NCBI GenBank assembly: GCA_965223415.1
Contig: OZ245002.1
Coordinates: 3,680,001 to 3,744,000, forward strand
Source: Myxococcota bacterium
GTDB lineage: Bacteria > Myxococcota_A > UBA9160 > UBA6930
DNA: 64,000 nt
Direction: 5' to 3'
The position numbers and the translations under genes are program-made. This document shows positions 7,867-17,314 of this stretch, in pieces. The notes below the pieces were generated by a model. That model ran no database searches. It was not told where the DNA came from and was given only the letters and a program-made list of their open reading frames with translations. The number at the start of each line of letters is the position of its first letter. The first letter of the stretch is position 1.

Positions 7867-10557
7867 CTACTCCGCGCCGCCCCAGTTGAAGCCGACCCGC
7901 ACCCCGTAGACTCGCGGCGGGAGCAGGCCGAAGCCGGTCACGGAAGGGCCGGTGAACTCGGGCCCGACGATGCGCCGGGCGTAGATGGTGTTGTCCTCGA
8001 GGTTCTCGACGAAGGCCTCCACCGACCAACGACGCTCCGGGCTGCGCCAGATGATCCGCAGGTCGGTCTTCGTGTAGGCCCCGACCCGGTCGATCGAACG
8101 GTTGTTCGGCCGCAGGAAGTACTGGTCCGTGTAGGTGAACTCGACGACCGGGGTGATCGTGCCGTTCTGGCCGAGGTCGATCTCGTAGCGGGAGAGCAGG
8201 GAGATCGTCCAGCGCGGCGAGTCCTCCAGCTGGTTTCCCTTCAGGTTCTTCTGGCCGTTGAAGAGTGAGCCCGGCCGCGGATCCGGACAGCCGGGCTCGG
8301 AGTTGCGGGTGAAGTCGAAGGCGTCGTCGTTGCAGAACTCGTCGAAGGTGGCGTCGAGGTAGCCGACCGAGACCGTGCTGGTCCACTCCGGCGTCGGCTG
8401 CCACACGCCCTCGAACTCGATGCCCCAGACGGTGGCCTCGGCGGCGTTCCGGGTCACGACTTGAATGCCGAGGATCTGCGGGACCTGGAGATCCGTGTAC
8501 TCGTAGTAGAAGCCGGTCAGGTTGAGCTGGAGCTTGCCGTCGAAGAAGGTGTTCTTCGTGCCGAGCTCCCAGGCTTCGATCTCCTCCGGATCGACGCCCA
8601 GCGCCTCGCCGCTCGACTGCAGAAGCTGGAGCTGGCCTGCCTTGTAGCCGCGCGCCCAGGTGAAGTAGACCTGGTTGTCCGGAGTGAGGAACCACTTGGC
8701 GCCGACCTCGCCGGTGCGTGCGCGGAACTTCTCGCGGCCGTTCAGCATGCTGGCGGGCCGGATGGCGACCTCCTCGTTGATCTCGAGGCGCTCGATCTTG
8801 TCGATGTTCCAGCGAACGCCGCCGAAGATCGTTACGTCGAGCGGATCTTCCCACCCCATGTGCTCGGCGAAGAGGTCACAGATGCGGAGCTCGCCGCTGA
8901 TGAAGGGGGCGTAGCCCGACGACTCCTCGTGAATCGAGGTCGGGAAGGGGCCGAAGGGAGTCAAGGTGAGGTCGTTTCGGTTCTCTTCGCGGTTGAAGAA
9001 GAAGAAGCCGAGCAGCCAGGCGTAGTGCTCGTCCGGGTTGTTCGAGGAGAGGTTCACCTCGGCGGTGAAGCTGTCGAGCTTTCCCAGCTGGTAGTTGTCG
9101 AGGATGAAGAGCTCGGTGCCATCTGCGTCCGACACCTGGTCGAATTTACGCCGCTGCCAGCCGCCCAGGACCTTGAAATCCATGTCGCCGAGGAAGCCCA
9201 CGTCGTGCAGGTTCCACGTCAAGTCGCCGTCGAGGCCGTAGGCCTCGAGGTTCGGTTCCTCGATGTCGTAGGCGCGGCTGACGACGTCCCTGGGATTGGA
9301 CGGGATCCGCCTCGCGGGCGGTGTGTCGAGGTCGATGTTGAATCCTGCGACGGTCTGGTCGATGGCGATGTCGATCGAGTTGGGGATCGCCGGGAAGAGG
9401 CCGAAGGCCGGGACCCCGTTGCGGACAGCGTATTCGATCGCGCCGTCCGGATCCCCGAAGAAGTTGTTCCCCGTGGTGGCCAGGATCTGGCCCGGCAACA
9501 GCGTGTTGAAGAAGAAGGTCGGCGTCAGCGGCGGCGTCAGGCTCGCCACGACGCCGTCGACGAAGCCCTGGCGCGTGATCGGGAACAGGATGTCCGGCAA
9601 CCTCGCCTCGGTGAGCTCGTAGCCGTCGTAGAGGTCGAGGGGCACGGCGCCGATCGGGCCCGCGTCCTGCAGGCCGATCGGGAAATCGTCGGTGAAGAAG
9701 GGCTTGCTGACCGCGTCGCCGCCCTTCGAGCGGGTCCAGTGGCCACGAACCTGCACCTCCACGTCGCCGTCCATCAGGATGGAGCGCAGGGTGCCGCGGC
9801 CGGACCACCGATCCGCGTTCCCCGGATCCCGGTTGCGGGGCTCGAGCAGGTTGTCGAGGTAGCCGTCGCGCTTCTCGCGCTGCACGACGAAGCGGCCCAT
9901 CAGGCGCTGGTCGCCCTCGCCGAGGAAGGGCAGGTTCACGCCGCCGCGGAACTGGTTCGAATCGAAGTTGGCGCGGGTGTAGTCGCCGAAGACCTCGTAG
10001 GCGCTGTGGGGCCGGCGCCACTTCACGTTGATGGCGCCGGCGGTGGCATTGCGGCCGTAGAGGGTGCCCGAGGGACCGCGCTTCACCTCGATGCCCTCGA
10101 GGTCGTAGAACTGGCCGCCCAGGTAGTTGGGGTCGGCCAGGAACACGCCGTTCATGTGCTGGGACACGGGAGACTGGCTGGTGAAGGACCGGGAGATGCC
10201 ACGGATCGTGATCGCCGCGTTGCCCTCGCCCTTGATCTGGACGTTCGGCAGCAGGCTCACGTAGTCCGAGAGGCTCTCGATATTGGCCTCCTGGATCTGC
10301 TCGCCGGTGATCGCGGAGACCGAGCCCGCGATGTCCTGGATGTTCTCTTCGCGCTTGGTGATGGTGACCCGCATCTCCTCGATGGCGCCGTCCGGCTCCG
10401 AGGAGGTGGCCTCGGCCTGGGCCTCGGCATCCGCGTCGAGCAGCACCTCCCGCTCGGGCTCCCCGGCGGGGGCGTCCTCCTGCGCAACCGCGCCCGTGAC
10501 GAACGTCACCAGAAGCAGCGCGACCGCCGCCCCGCGCAGCACCCACCACGGCTTCAT
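7867..10557 (-). CDS. TonB-dependent receptor
   Basis: Signal peptide, IEEMRVTITKRE TonB box/plug, RGPSGTLYGRNATAGAIN, C-terminal PRVYGVRVGFNW. Confidence 0.95.
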   Translation of the reverse strand: MKPWWVLRGAAVALLLVTFVTGAVAQEDAPAGEPEREVLLDADAEAQAEATSSEPDGAIEEMRVTITKREENIQDIAGSVSAITGEQIQEANIESLSDYVSLLPNVQIKGEGNAAITIRGISRSFTSQSPVSQHMNGVFLADPNYLGGQFYDLEGIEVKRGPSGTLYGRNATAGAINVKWRRPHSAYEVFGDYTRANFDSNQFRGGVNLPFLGEGDQRLMGRFVVQREKRDGYLDNLLEPRNRDPGNADRWSGRGTLRSILMDGDVEVQVRGHWTRSKGGDAVSKPFFTDDFPIGLQDAGPIGAVPLDLYDGYELTEARLPDILFPITRQGFVDGVVASLTPPLTPTFFFNTLLPGQILATTGNNFFGDPDGAIEYAVRNGVPAFGLFPAIPNSIDIAIDQTVAGFNIDLDTPPARRIPSNPRDVVSRAYDIEEPNLEAYGLDGDLTWNLHDVGFLGDMDFKVLGGWQRRKFDQVSDADGTELFILDNYQLGKLDSFTAEVNLSSNNPDEHYAWLLGFFFFNREENRNDLTLTPFGPFPTSIHEESSGYAPFISGELRICDLFAEHMGWEDPLDVTIFGGVRWNIDKIERLEINEEVAIRPASMLNGREKFRARTGEVGAKWFLTPDNQVYFTWARGYKAGQLQLLQSSGEALGVDPEEIEAWELGTKNTFFDGKLQLNLTGFYYEYTDLQVPQILGIQVVTRNAAEATVWGIEFEGVWQPTPEWTSTVSVGYLDATFDEFCNDDAFDFTRNSEPGCPDPRPGSLFNGQKNLKGNQLEDSPRWTISLLSRYEIDLGQNGTITPVVEFTYTDQYFLRPNNRSIDRVGAYTKTDLRIIWRSPERRWSVEAFVENLEDNTIYARRIVGPEFTGPSVTGFGLLPPRVYGVRVGFNWGGAE

Positions 10558-10601
10558 GCTTGCCCCTCCGCGGGAACTCCCCGGCTGTTCCCACTCGCCC
10601 C

Positions 10602-10631
10602 ATCATGGACGAGCCTCCCTTGCTCTCGCAA
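10602..10631 (-). promoter_or_regulatory. Putative sigma70 promoter of the receptor operon
   Basis: TTGCGA-N18-CATGAT upstream of the TonB-dependent receptor ATG. Confidence 0.35.
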
Positions 10632-10658
10632 CCGTTCAGGGAAATACCTGTGGCCCAT

Positions 10659-11357
10659 TCACCATGATTCACGATCCGGGCGGATCTGGACGTCGAAGGT
10701 CCAGGCGCTGCGCGGCTGGTGGGCCAGGTGCCAGCACTCGGCGGCGATGTCCTCGGGCAAGCAGAAGAACTCGTCGGGCTGATCCGGCTGCATCCTGCGG
10801 GTCCAGGGCACGTCGATGACGGCGTCGATCGCCAGGTAGGCCACGTGCACGCCCCGGGGGCCGAGGCTCCGGGCCATCGACTCCGCCAGGATGCGCTGGG
10901 CCGCCTTGGTGGGCGCGAAGCCGGCGAAGTGCGCCTTCCCCCGGTAGGTCGAGGTGTTGCCGGTGACGAGGATGGCCCCCTCGCCGGCCTCGATCATCGG
11001 CGCCGCCGCCCAGCGGGCCAGCTGGAGGAGCGCCATGGTGTTGATCTCGAAGTTCCGCCGCAGCACCCCGGGCTCGATCGCCTGGAAGTCGCCGAACGCG
11101 CCGCCGACCGCGTTGTGGATCAGCACCGAGGGCGCGCCCATCTCGCGGCGGATCGACTCGCAGGCCTCCGCCAGGGCCGCCTCGTCGGCCACGTCACAGG
11201 GGAACGCGCGGGCGCCCGGCACCTCGGCCTCGAGCTTCGCCAGGCGCTCGGCCTTGCGGGCGATCATCGCGAGCCGGTAGCCCTCGGCGAAACGGCGCAC
11301 GAGCGCGCTGCCGGTGCCCGGCCCGACGCCGGTGACGAGGCAGACCTTCTCCGTCAC
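10659..11357 (-). CDS. Short-chain dehydrogenase/reductase (atypical, FxxxK)
   Basis: TGVGPGTG, HNA, FAPTKAAQR motifs. Confidence 0.9.
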   Translation of the reverse strand: MTEKVCLVTGVGPGTGSALVRRFAEGYRLAMIARKAERLAKLEAEVPGARAFPCDVADEAALAEACESIRREMGAPSVLIHNAVGGAFGDFQAIEPGVLRRNFEINTMALLQLARWAAAPMIEAGEGAILVTGNTSTYRGKAHFAGFAPTKAAQRILAESMARSLGPRGVHVAYLAIDAVIDVPWTRRMQPDQPDEFFCLPEDIAAECWHLAHQPRSAWTFDVQIRPDRESW

Positions 11358-12895
11358 AGGGTCAGGAGCTCGTGGGCGGCGCGGGTGCGCTCGGCGATCG
11401 GGATTCCGACGGGGCAGGCGCCAGCGCAGGGCGCGCTGCAGCCGGCGCAGGCCTCCCCGTTCACCGACAGCCCGGCGTAGAGCCGCATCGCCTCCTTCTC
11501 GTCGCCGTAGTCCTCGAAGTACATCCGGTGGCGCAGGACGTCGTGGATCGGGACGCCTTCCGGGCAGTGCGAGAGACAGACCCCGCAGTGGGGGGCGCAG
11601 TAGCTGCCGACGATCTGGCGGTCGTACTCGTCCAGCAGGGCCAGGTCCTCCGACGTGAGCTCGCCGCCGCTGGCCCGCAGGTACTCGTCTACGTGCTGGA
11701 ACTCGAAGAAGGAGATGACCGCGGCCGACACCTCCGGGTTCGAGAGCACCCAGCGCAAGGCGGCCTGGCTGTAGCTCGCCGCCTGCTCCTGGAAGCCCGC
11801 CAGGCCGTGGTGTTTGGCGCCCTTCAGGGTCTTCATCGCGACGACGCCCATGTCCTGCTCGCTCCGCGCTCGCGAGATGAGCGCCGGGAGCTGGGGCCAG
11901 ATGCCGTGGTGGTAGGCGACCATCATCACGTCGAAGCGGCCCGAATCGATGCCCGCCGCCACCACGTTCTGCAGGTTCGGGGTGTGGGTGGAGAAGCCGA
12001 GGAAGCGCAGCTTGCCCTCCTCGCGCAGCCGGTCCACCGCCTCGTGCAGGTCCTCGTCCAGCAGCCGATCGGTGGTGTCGCAGGCGTGGACGTGGGCGAG
12101 GTCCACGTAGTCCGTGCGCAGGCGCCCGAGGCTCTCCTCGATGATGCGCTTGTACTCCGCGACCGGCGTTCCGGCCCCAAGGTGGCCGTGGGGGGTGCAG
12201 AACTTGGTCGCGAGGAACACCTGGTCCCGCACCCCCTCCAGGGCGTCCGCCACGGCGCTCTCACTGCCGGTCGCCGAGTAGTCCGGCGAGGTGTCGACGT
12301 AGCTGACGCCGCGATCGATCGCCCGGCGGACGATCTCCGTGCCCTTCGTCTCGTCTACCAGCCGGCCGATCCGACCGGCGCCGACGACCACGTCGGACAC
12401 CTTCCAGTTGGTGCGTCCGAGGCGCCGGTAGCCCTGGACCCGCGCCCCCTTCCATTCCTCCAGGTACTCCGGGTGGGTGATGGTCGTATCGCCCACCGAG
12501 GAGAAGGCGTTCCAGCCCACGTCGTCCCGGCCGAGGCCGAAGAGCGCCCGGGCCGCGCCGGCGCCGCCGGCCAGCGCCCCGGCACCGAGCGCACCCAGGG
12601 TGGCGACGGCGCGGCGGCGCCCGCCGCTCACCCCGGCCTCGCGCTGGCTGCGACCCAGCGCGCCGGCCACGACCCAGAGCAGCGCGAGGACCGACACCCC
12701 GAGCCAGAGGACGCCCATCAGGGCGCCATGGCCGCGGTAGCCCAGGGCGCGGGCCACGGGCTCTACCAGGGATCCCGCGGTCCATGCGGACCAGCCCAGA
12801 CCCACCGGGATGCGGTAGGCCAGGCCGCCGACCACGAAGTAGCCGAAGGCCAGGATGCCGAGCAGCCAGGCGGCGACACGGAGCGGACCGCGCAT
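11354..12895 (-). CDS. Membrane-anchored aldo/keto reductase with C-terminal Fe-S dicluster
   Basis: YRRLGRT, DTSPDY, LATKF, HVH motifs; CxxxCxxCxxxCP and CxxCxxxCxxxCP; hydrophobic N-terminus. Confidence 0.88.
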   Translation of the reverse strand: MRGPLRVAAWLLGILAFGYFVVGGLAYRIPVGLGWSAWTAGSLVEPVARALGYRGHGALMGVLWLGVSVLALLWVVAGALGRSQREAGVSGGRRRAVATLGALGAGALAGGAGAARALFGLGRDDVGWNAFSSVGDTTITHPEYLEEWKGARVQGYRRLGRTNWKVSDVVVGAGRIGRLVDETKGTEIVRRAIDRGVSYVDTSPDYSATGSESAVADALEGVRDQVFLATKFCTPHGHLGAGTPVAEYKRIIEESLGRLRTDYVDLAHVHACDTTDRLLDEDLHEAVDRLREEGKLRFLGFSTHTPNLQNVVAAGIDSGRFDVMMVAYHHGIWPQLPALISRARSEQDMGVVAMKTLKGAKHHGLAGFQEQAASYSQAALRWVLSNPEVSAAVISFFEFQHVDEYLRASGGELTSEDLALLDEYDRQIVGSYCAPHCGVCLSHCPEGVPIHDVLRHRMYFEDYGDEKEAMRLYAGLSVNGEACAGCSAPCAGACPVGIPIAERTRAAHELLTL

Positions 12896-12975
12896 GAGGT
12901 TGCCTCCCGTGCCCCAGTCTATCGCTCCTGCCGGGCCGGGCGGGAGGTGGCATGCTCCCAGCCGAAGGAGACCCG

Positions 12976-13767
12976 ATGACCGAAGACGCTCCGCTCTTGG
13001 TGGTGCGCGACGGGCCCGTCGCGACGCTGGTCAACAACGATGCTCCGCGCAACCGGATGAGCCTGGCGTTCATGGACGCCCTGGAGGAGCAGGTTGCCGC
13101 GCTCGCGGGGGACGACGGGGTGCGGGCCGTCGTGATCACGGCCGCCGGCGACGAGCACTTCTCCGTCGGTATGGACCTGAAGCAGCTTCCCGAGGGCGCG
13201 AAGCGGATGGGCGGCGTCGAGGCGGTGTTCGACCAGCGGCTGCGGGTGCTGGCCGCGATCGAGGCGCTCCCGAAGCCGGTCGTCGCGACGCTGTTCGGCT
13301 ACTGCCTGGGTGGCGGCCTGGAGCTGCCCCTCGCGTGTCACTTTCGACTCGCGGCGGAGGAGGGCGCGAAGATCGGCCTGCCCGAGATGGACCTGGGCAG
13401 CGTGCCCGCCTGGGGGGGCACGGCGCGGCTCACCCGCTGCGTCGGCCGCGATCACGCCCTCGACCTGATCCTGCGCGCGAAGAAGATCTCCGGCCCGGAG
13501 GCTCTGCGCGTCGGCCTCGTCCACGAGGTGTGGCCCCTGGCCGAGCTGAAGGAGCGCGCTCACGCCCTGGCTCACGAGCTGGCGGCGATGCCTGCAGGCG
13601 CCGTGGCCGGCGTGCTCCGCTGCGTGGTCGGCGGCGCCGAGAAGTCGCTGGACGAGGCGCTCAGGCTGGAGCGCGAAGCGGTGCTCGCCACGATGGGGAC
13701 GCCGGATCAGCAGGAGGGGATGCGGGCGTTCCTCGAGAAGCGCGAGCCGCGCTTCAACCAGGGCTGA
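12976..13767 (+). CDS. Enoyl-CoA hydratase/isomerase family protein
   Basis: FSVGMDL, GYCLGGGLEL, GLPE motifs; ATG 12976 after AAGGAG. Confidence 0.92.
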   Translation: MTEDAPLLVVRDGPVATLVNNDAPRNRMSLAFMDALEEQVAALAGDDGVRAVVITAAGDEHFSVGMDLKQLPEGAKRMGGVEAVFDQRLRVLAAIEALPKPVVATLFGYCLGGGLELPLACHFRLAAEEGAKIGLPEMDLGSVPAWGGTARLTRCVGRDHALDLILRAKKISGPEALRVGLVHEVWPLAELKERAHALAHELAAMPAGAVAGVLRCVVGGAEKSLDEALRLEREAVLATMGTPDQQEGMRAFLEKREPRFNQG

Positions 13768-13773
13768 GCCCGC

Positions 13774-15321
13774 CTAACGTTCCTCCTCGTCGTCCACGTA
13801 GCCCAGCTGGCGGAGGCGCTCCACCATCTCGTCGCTGAGCGGGCGGTGGGTCGCCTCCGGCGCCTCGAAGGGGACGACGCTGCGCTCGAGCCCGCGCAGC
13901 AGGGCGGCCAGGGGCTCGGCGTAGTCCTCTGCGCTCTCGGGCGTCGCGAGCTGGTTCGTCTCCTCGTCCGGGTCGCGAGCCCGGTCGTAGAGGGCGTAGT
14001 CCCGCCACGTCCCCGGCGGGCCGTCCTGGCCGGGCCGATGAACCAGCTTCAGGCGGCGGTTCTGCACGGCCACCGCCTCCGGCTCCCCCATCACGCCCTG
14101 GGTGACCAGGTAGTGCCCGCCGCCGGGCAACGGACCTGCCTCCCGGTCCGAGAGGAAGCTCCGCCCGGCGACCGGGGTGGGGCAGTCGAGGCCCAGGTAG
14201 TGGCAGAGGGTCGGCATCACATCGACCAGCCCCACCAGGCACTCGACGCGCGCCTGCGCCGCGGTTGTCCCGGGTAGCCGCGCGGCGAAGGGGATGGCGA
14301 GCTCGTCGTCGAAGAGCCCCTTGCCGTGATCGCCGTAGCCGCGGGTGAAGAGCGCCTCGCCGTGGTCGGAGGTGACGATCACCGCGGTCTCGTCCCACCT
14401 GTCGCGGGCGGCGAGGCCCTCCAGCAGGACGCCGAGTGTCCGGTCGAAGTCCTCGACGCCGGGTCGGTAGGCCGTCTCGATCAGGTCGATGCTGTCGGGC
14501 AGGCCGGCGTGGGGCGGCGGGCGTCCGTCCTCCAGCCGGATCAGGTGCCGGATCACGTTGTGGGCCTCGTCGGGCACGGGAGCTCCGGCGAGCCTGTGCT
14601 CGAGCCGCGCGAGCAGGCCGCCGAGACGGGCCTCGTCCGTCGCATCGAGCCTGCCGTAGGGGCGATGGCTGTCGATGTAGTGGAGGTAGAGGAAGAAAGG
14701 CCGGTCCGGTGAGGCGGACGTGAGCCAGTCGAGGCCCGCGCGGGTCACGCGCTCGCCGGCGGCGCCCCAGCGGGAGAAGGAGTCGTCGTAGGTCTCGAAG
14801 CCCTGGCCGAAGCCGAACTCCTGACGCATCCACGGGTTCGAGACGAACGCCGCCGTGGCGTGGCCCGCATCGCGAACGACCTCCGCCAGGGTGACGAACT
14901 GGTCGTGCAGGACGTCGGCCCGGATCGGCCGGATGCCGTGGGCGGCCCGCTTCTCGCTTCGCAGCTCCGGGTGGGAAGCGAGCCGGTGCTGGGAGGGGAG
15001 CAGGCCGGTGAACAGGGTGGCGACGGCGGGCTTGGTCCAGGGCGCCTGGGTGGCGGCCCGATCGAACCACAGGTGGGCGCGGCCGAACGCGTCGAAGTGC
15101 GGCGTTTCCGCACGCCCATCGTAGAGGCCCGCGGCGTCGCGGCGCATGGTGTCGTTGACCACCAGCACGACGTTTCGCCGGGCGGAAGGCGCCTCGAGAC
15201 GCACGTCCTCGCAGGCCGCCTGGCCGTCGCCGCTCGGTACCGCGGCATCGCCTCCACAGCCCGCGAGCAACACGCAGCCGAGGGCGAAGGCCGCCCGGCG
15301 AGCCGTCTCAGCCACCGCCAT
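13774..15321 (-). CDS. Sulfatase-like hydrolase/transferase (lipoprotein)
   Basis: LLAGC lipobox; NVVLVVNDTMRRD, APWTKP..TLFTG, YLHYIDSHRPY, VTSDHGE, C-terminal LRQLGY. Confidence 0.88.
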   Translation of the reverse strand: MAVAETARRAAFALGCVLLAGCGGDAAVPSGDGQAACEDVRLEAPSARRNVVLVVNDTMRRDAAGLYDGRAETPHFDAFGRAHLWFDRAATQAPWTKPAVATLFTGLLPSQHRLASHPELRSEKRAAHGIRPIRADVLHDQFVTLAEVVRDAGHATAAFVSNPWMRQEFGFGQGFETYDDSFSRWGAAGERVTRAGLDWLTSASPDRPFFLYLHYIDSHRPYGRLDATDEARLGGLLARLEHRLAGAPVPDEAHNVIRHLIRLEDGRPPPHAGLPDSIDLIETAYRPGVEDFDRTLGVLLEGLAARDRWDETAVIVTSDHGEALFTRGYGDHGKGLFDDELAIPFAARLPGTTAAQARVECLVGLVDVMPTLCHYLGLDCPTPVAGRSFLSDREAGPLPGGGHYLVTQGVMGEPEAVAVQNRRLKLVHRPGQDGPPGTWRDYALYDRARDPDEETNQLATPESAEDYAEPLAALLRGLERSVVPFEAPEATHRPLSDEMVERLRQLGYVDDEEER

Positions 15322-16993
15322 CCGGCGTCACGAGGGCGGGTCCGCGGTCGTGGCCGGCGGCTCGGCGGGCCCGCGCCAGCAGCTCCTGCACCTCGCCGGT
15401 CTGGGCCGGGCCAGCGTGGCGGCGCGCCTCCTCCAGGGATTCCACGGCCCGGCCGGGCTCGCCCAGCTCGATCCACACCTGCCCCAGCTGCAGAAGGGCC
15501 GTTACCTGGGCCGGGTCGAGGGCGATGGCCTCCTGGAGCGACTCGGCCGCCGTCTGCCAGGCGCCGCGCCGGGCCTGGACCTGCCCGAGCGCCGTCCAGC
15601 TCACGGCGGTCGGGAACTGGGCGACGCTCTCCTCGAGCCGGGCCTCGGCGGCGATGAGATCGCCCCGTTCGGCGAGCATCAATCCCAACCCGAGGGGCAC
15701 GTCCGGGTTTTCGAGACCGATCCAGCGCAGCCGGCGTTCGGCGGTCTCGAGGCGGTCGAAGTCCTTCCGGGCGAGCGGCCGCCGCACGCCGACCTCGGTC
15801 TCGATGTTCTGGGCCACGACCTGCAGTGCGCAGAGTCCTCCCAGGCCCCAGACCAGGGCGCGTCGCCAGCGGAAGCCCGGCCCTCCGAGCGGCTCGGCCT
15901 TCGGTGGCTCCGGTGCGCGCAGGAGCACCTGGGCGACGGCGCCGTCGCGCAGCTTCCAGATCGCCCCGTCGAGCACGAAGTGGTGCAGGTTGACGGCCGT
16001 GTTCACCAGGATGAACAGTCCGTGGTCGTAGGGCACCCGCGCGAGTCCGAAGGTGGCGAAGAGCAGGGTCGGCACGCCGTACAGCGCCGCGCCGGCCACG
16101 AGCGTGCGGGGCAGGTAGCTCCAGCTGGAGCCCGTCTCGCTCTTCGCGTAGTAGCTGCAGATCCACAGGTACTGGGCGGAGTGGGCGAAGATCACCCACC
16201 AGAACGCGTATACGGCGTCGCTGTGGGCAAAGGCCACGCTGGTGTCGAAGAGTCCGGTGCCGCGCGCCACGACGGGGGCGGTGAACCAGAGCGCCTGGCT
16301 CGCGACCAGCACTGCGCTGGGGAGCAGGTCCCTCGGAGAGGCCACACGCAGCAGGGACGCGAATGCCACCACGAGACACCCCAGGTAGGCGACGAACACG
16401 AGGGACGCGATCTGGCCGGCCGGCCCCGGCGGAAGGCCGAGGGACAGGAAGTCGACCTGGGTACCGCCGGCGGCCACCGGGGCCGGCGCGTAGCCGGCGC
16501 TCCCGCCCGAGCCCACGTGCATGGCCAGGAAGGCCAGCACGAAGGAGAGCAGGAAGGAGCCGTACAGGGCGCGGCGCGCGAGGGGCGAAGCCTCGACGCC
16601 CCGTCGACGCAGGAACATGGAGGCCAGGCCGTAGTTCTGCCCCGCGTAGTGCCAGGGGCTCCAGGTGAGGAAGATCGTGTACAGCCAGGAGCCCACCGTC
16701 GACTGGTAGAGCCCGACGACGAAGAGCCCCCAGATCGCCACCGTGACCCACACGGCGAAGAAGGCGTAGCGGTGGCGGTCCTCGCGGCGGTCGTAGACGC
16801 GAAGCAGCGTGGCCCCGTAGTGCGGCACCGCCAACAGCAGGCTGCCGAGCGGAAGGAAGCCGAGCGGAACCGCAGCCTTGAGCTGGTCGCCTGCGAGGAA
16901 GAGCAGGGCGAAGACGCCGAAGTAGAGGACGCCACAGCCGAGCAGCAGGTCCGACCACGGTCCGTACAGCCAGCGACGATCAGCCTGCGCCAT
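15308..16993 (-). CDS. Multi-pass membrane protein with conserved His motifs and C-terminal TPRs
   Basis: Many TM segments; PHYG, WSPWHY.GQNYG, HSAQY, HHFVLDG motifs; paralog at 55634-57271. Confidence 0.8.
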   Translation of the reverse strand: MAQADRRWLYGPWSDLLLGCGVLYFGVFALLFLAGDQLKAAVPLGFLPLGSLLLAVPHYGATLLRVYDRREDRHRYAFFAVWVTVAIWGLFVVGLYQSTVGSWLYTIFLTWSPWHYAGQNYGLASMFLRRRGVEASPLARRALYGSFLLSFVLAFLAMHVGSGGSAGYAPAPVAAGGTQVDFLSLGLPPGPAGQIASLVFVAYLGCLVVAFASLLRVASPRDLLPSAVLVASQALWFTAPVVARGTGLFDTSVAFAHSDAVYAFWWVIFAHSAQYLWICSYYAKSETGSSWSYLPRTLVAGAALYGVPTLLFATFGLARVPYDHGLFILVNTAVNLHHFVLDGAIWKLRDGAVAQVLLRAPEPPKAEPLGGPGFRWRRALVWGLGGLCALQVVAQNIETEVGVRRPLARKDFDRLETAERRLRWIGLENPDVPLGLGLMLAERGDLIAAEARLEESVAQFPTAVSWTALGQVQARRGAWQTAAESLQEAIALDPAQVTALLQLGQVWIELGEPGRAVESLEEARRHAGPAQTGEVQELLARARRAAGHDRGPALVTPDGGG

Positions 16994-17051
16994 CGGACGA
17001 GTCTACGCGCCGCAAAGGTCGCTCTCAAGCGACGGCCCGGCCGCCCATCGG

Positions 17052-17303
17052 TCAGGCCGGGCGTTCGAGCCCATCGGTCAGCACCATGCTCATCGCCACC
17101 GCCGTCGACGAGGTGAGGCCGCCGAGGGCCGCAGGCCCGCGCGCGAGCCGAGCCGATGGTGCGCGGGTCGAGCGCCTGCCACGGACCGAGCTGACGGTCC
17201 GGAAAGAACGGCAGCGACTCGCGGCCCTCCCACCCGCGCTCGAAGCCGATGATTCCGCCGAGGGCCAGGGCCAGGCCCAAATCGATCGCGACGGACAGTC
17301 CAT
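17052..17303 (-). pseudogene. Collapsed relic of an MgtC/SapB-DUF4010 membrane protein
   Basis: LGLALALGGIIGFERGW, LPFFPDRQLGPWQALDP and (in another frame) GGLTSSTAVAMSM lie within ~250 bp. Confidence 0.6.
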
Positions 17304-17314
17304 GGGTGGACCCG

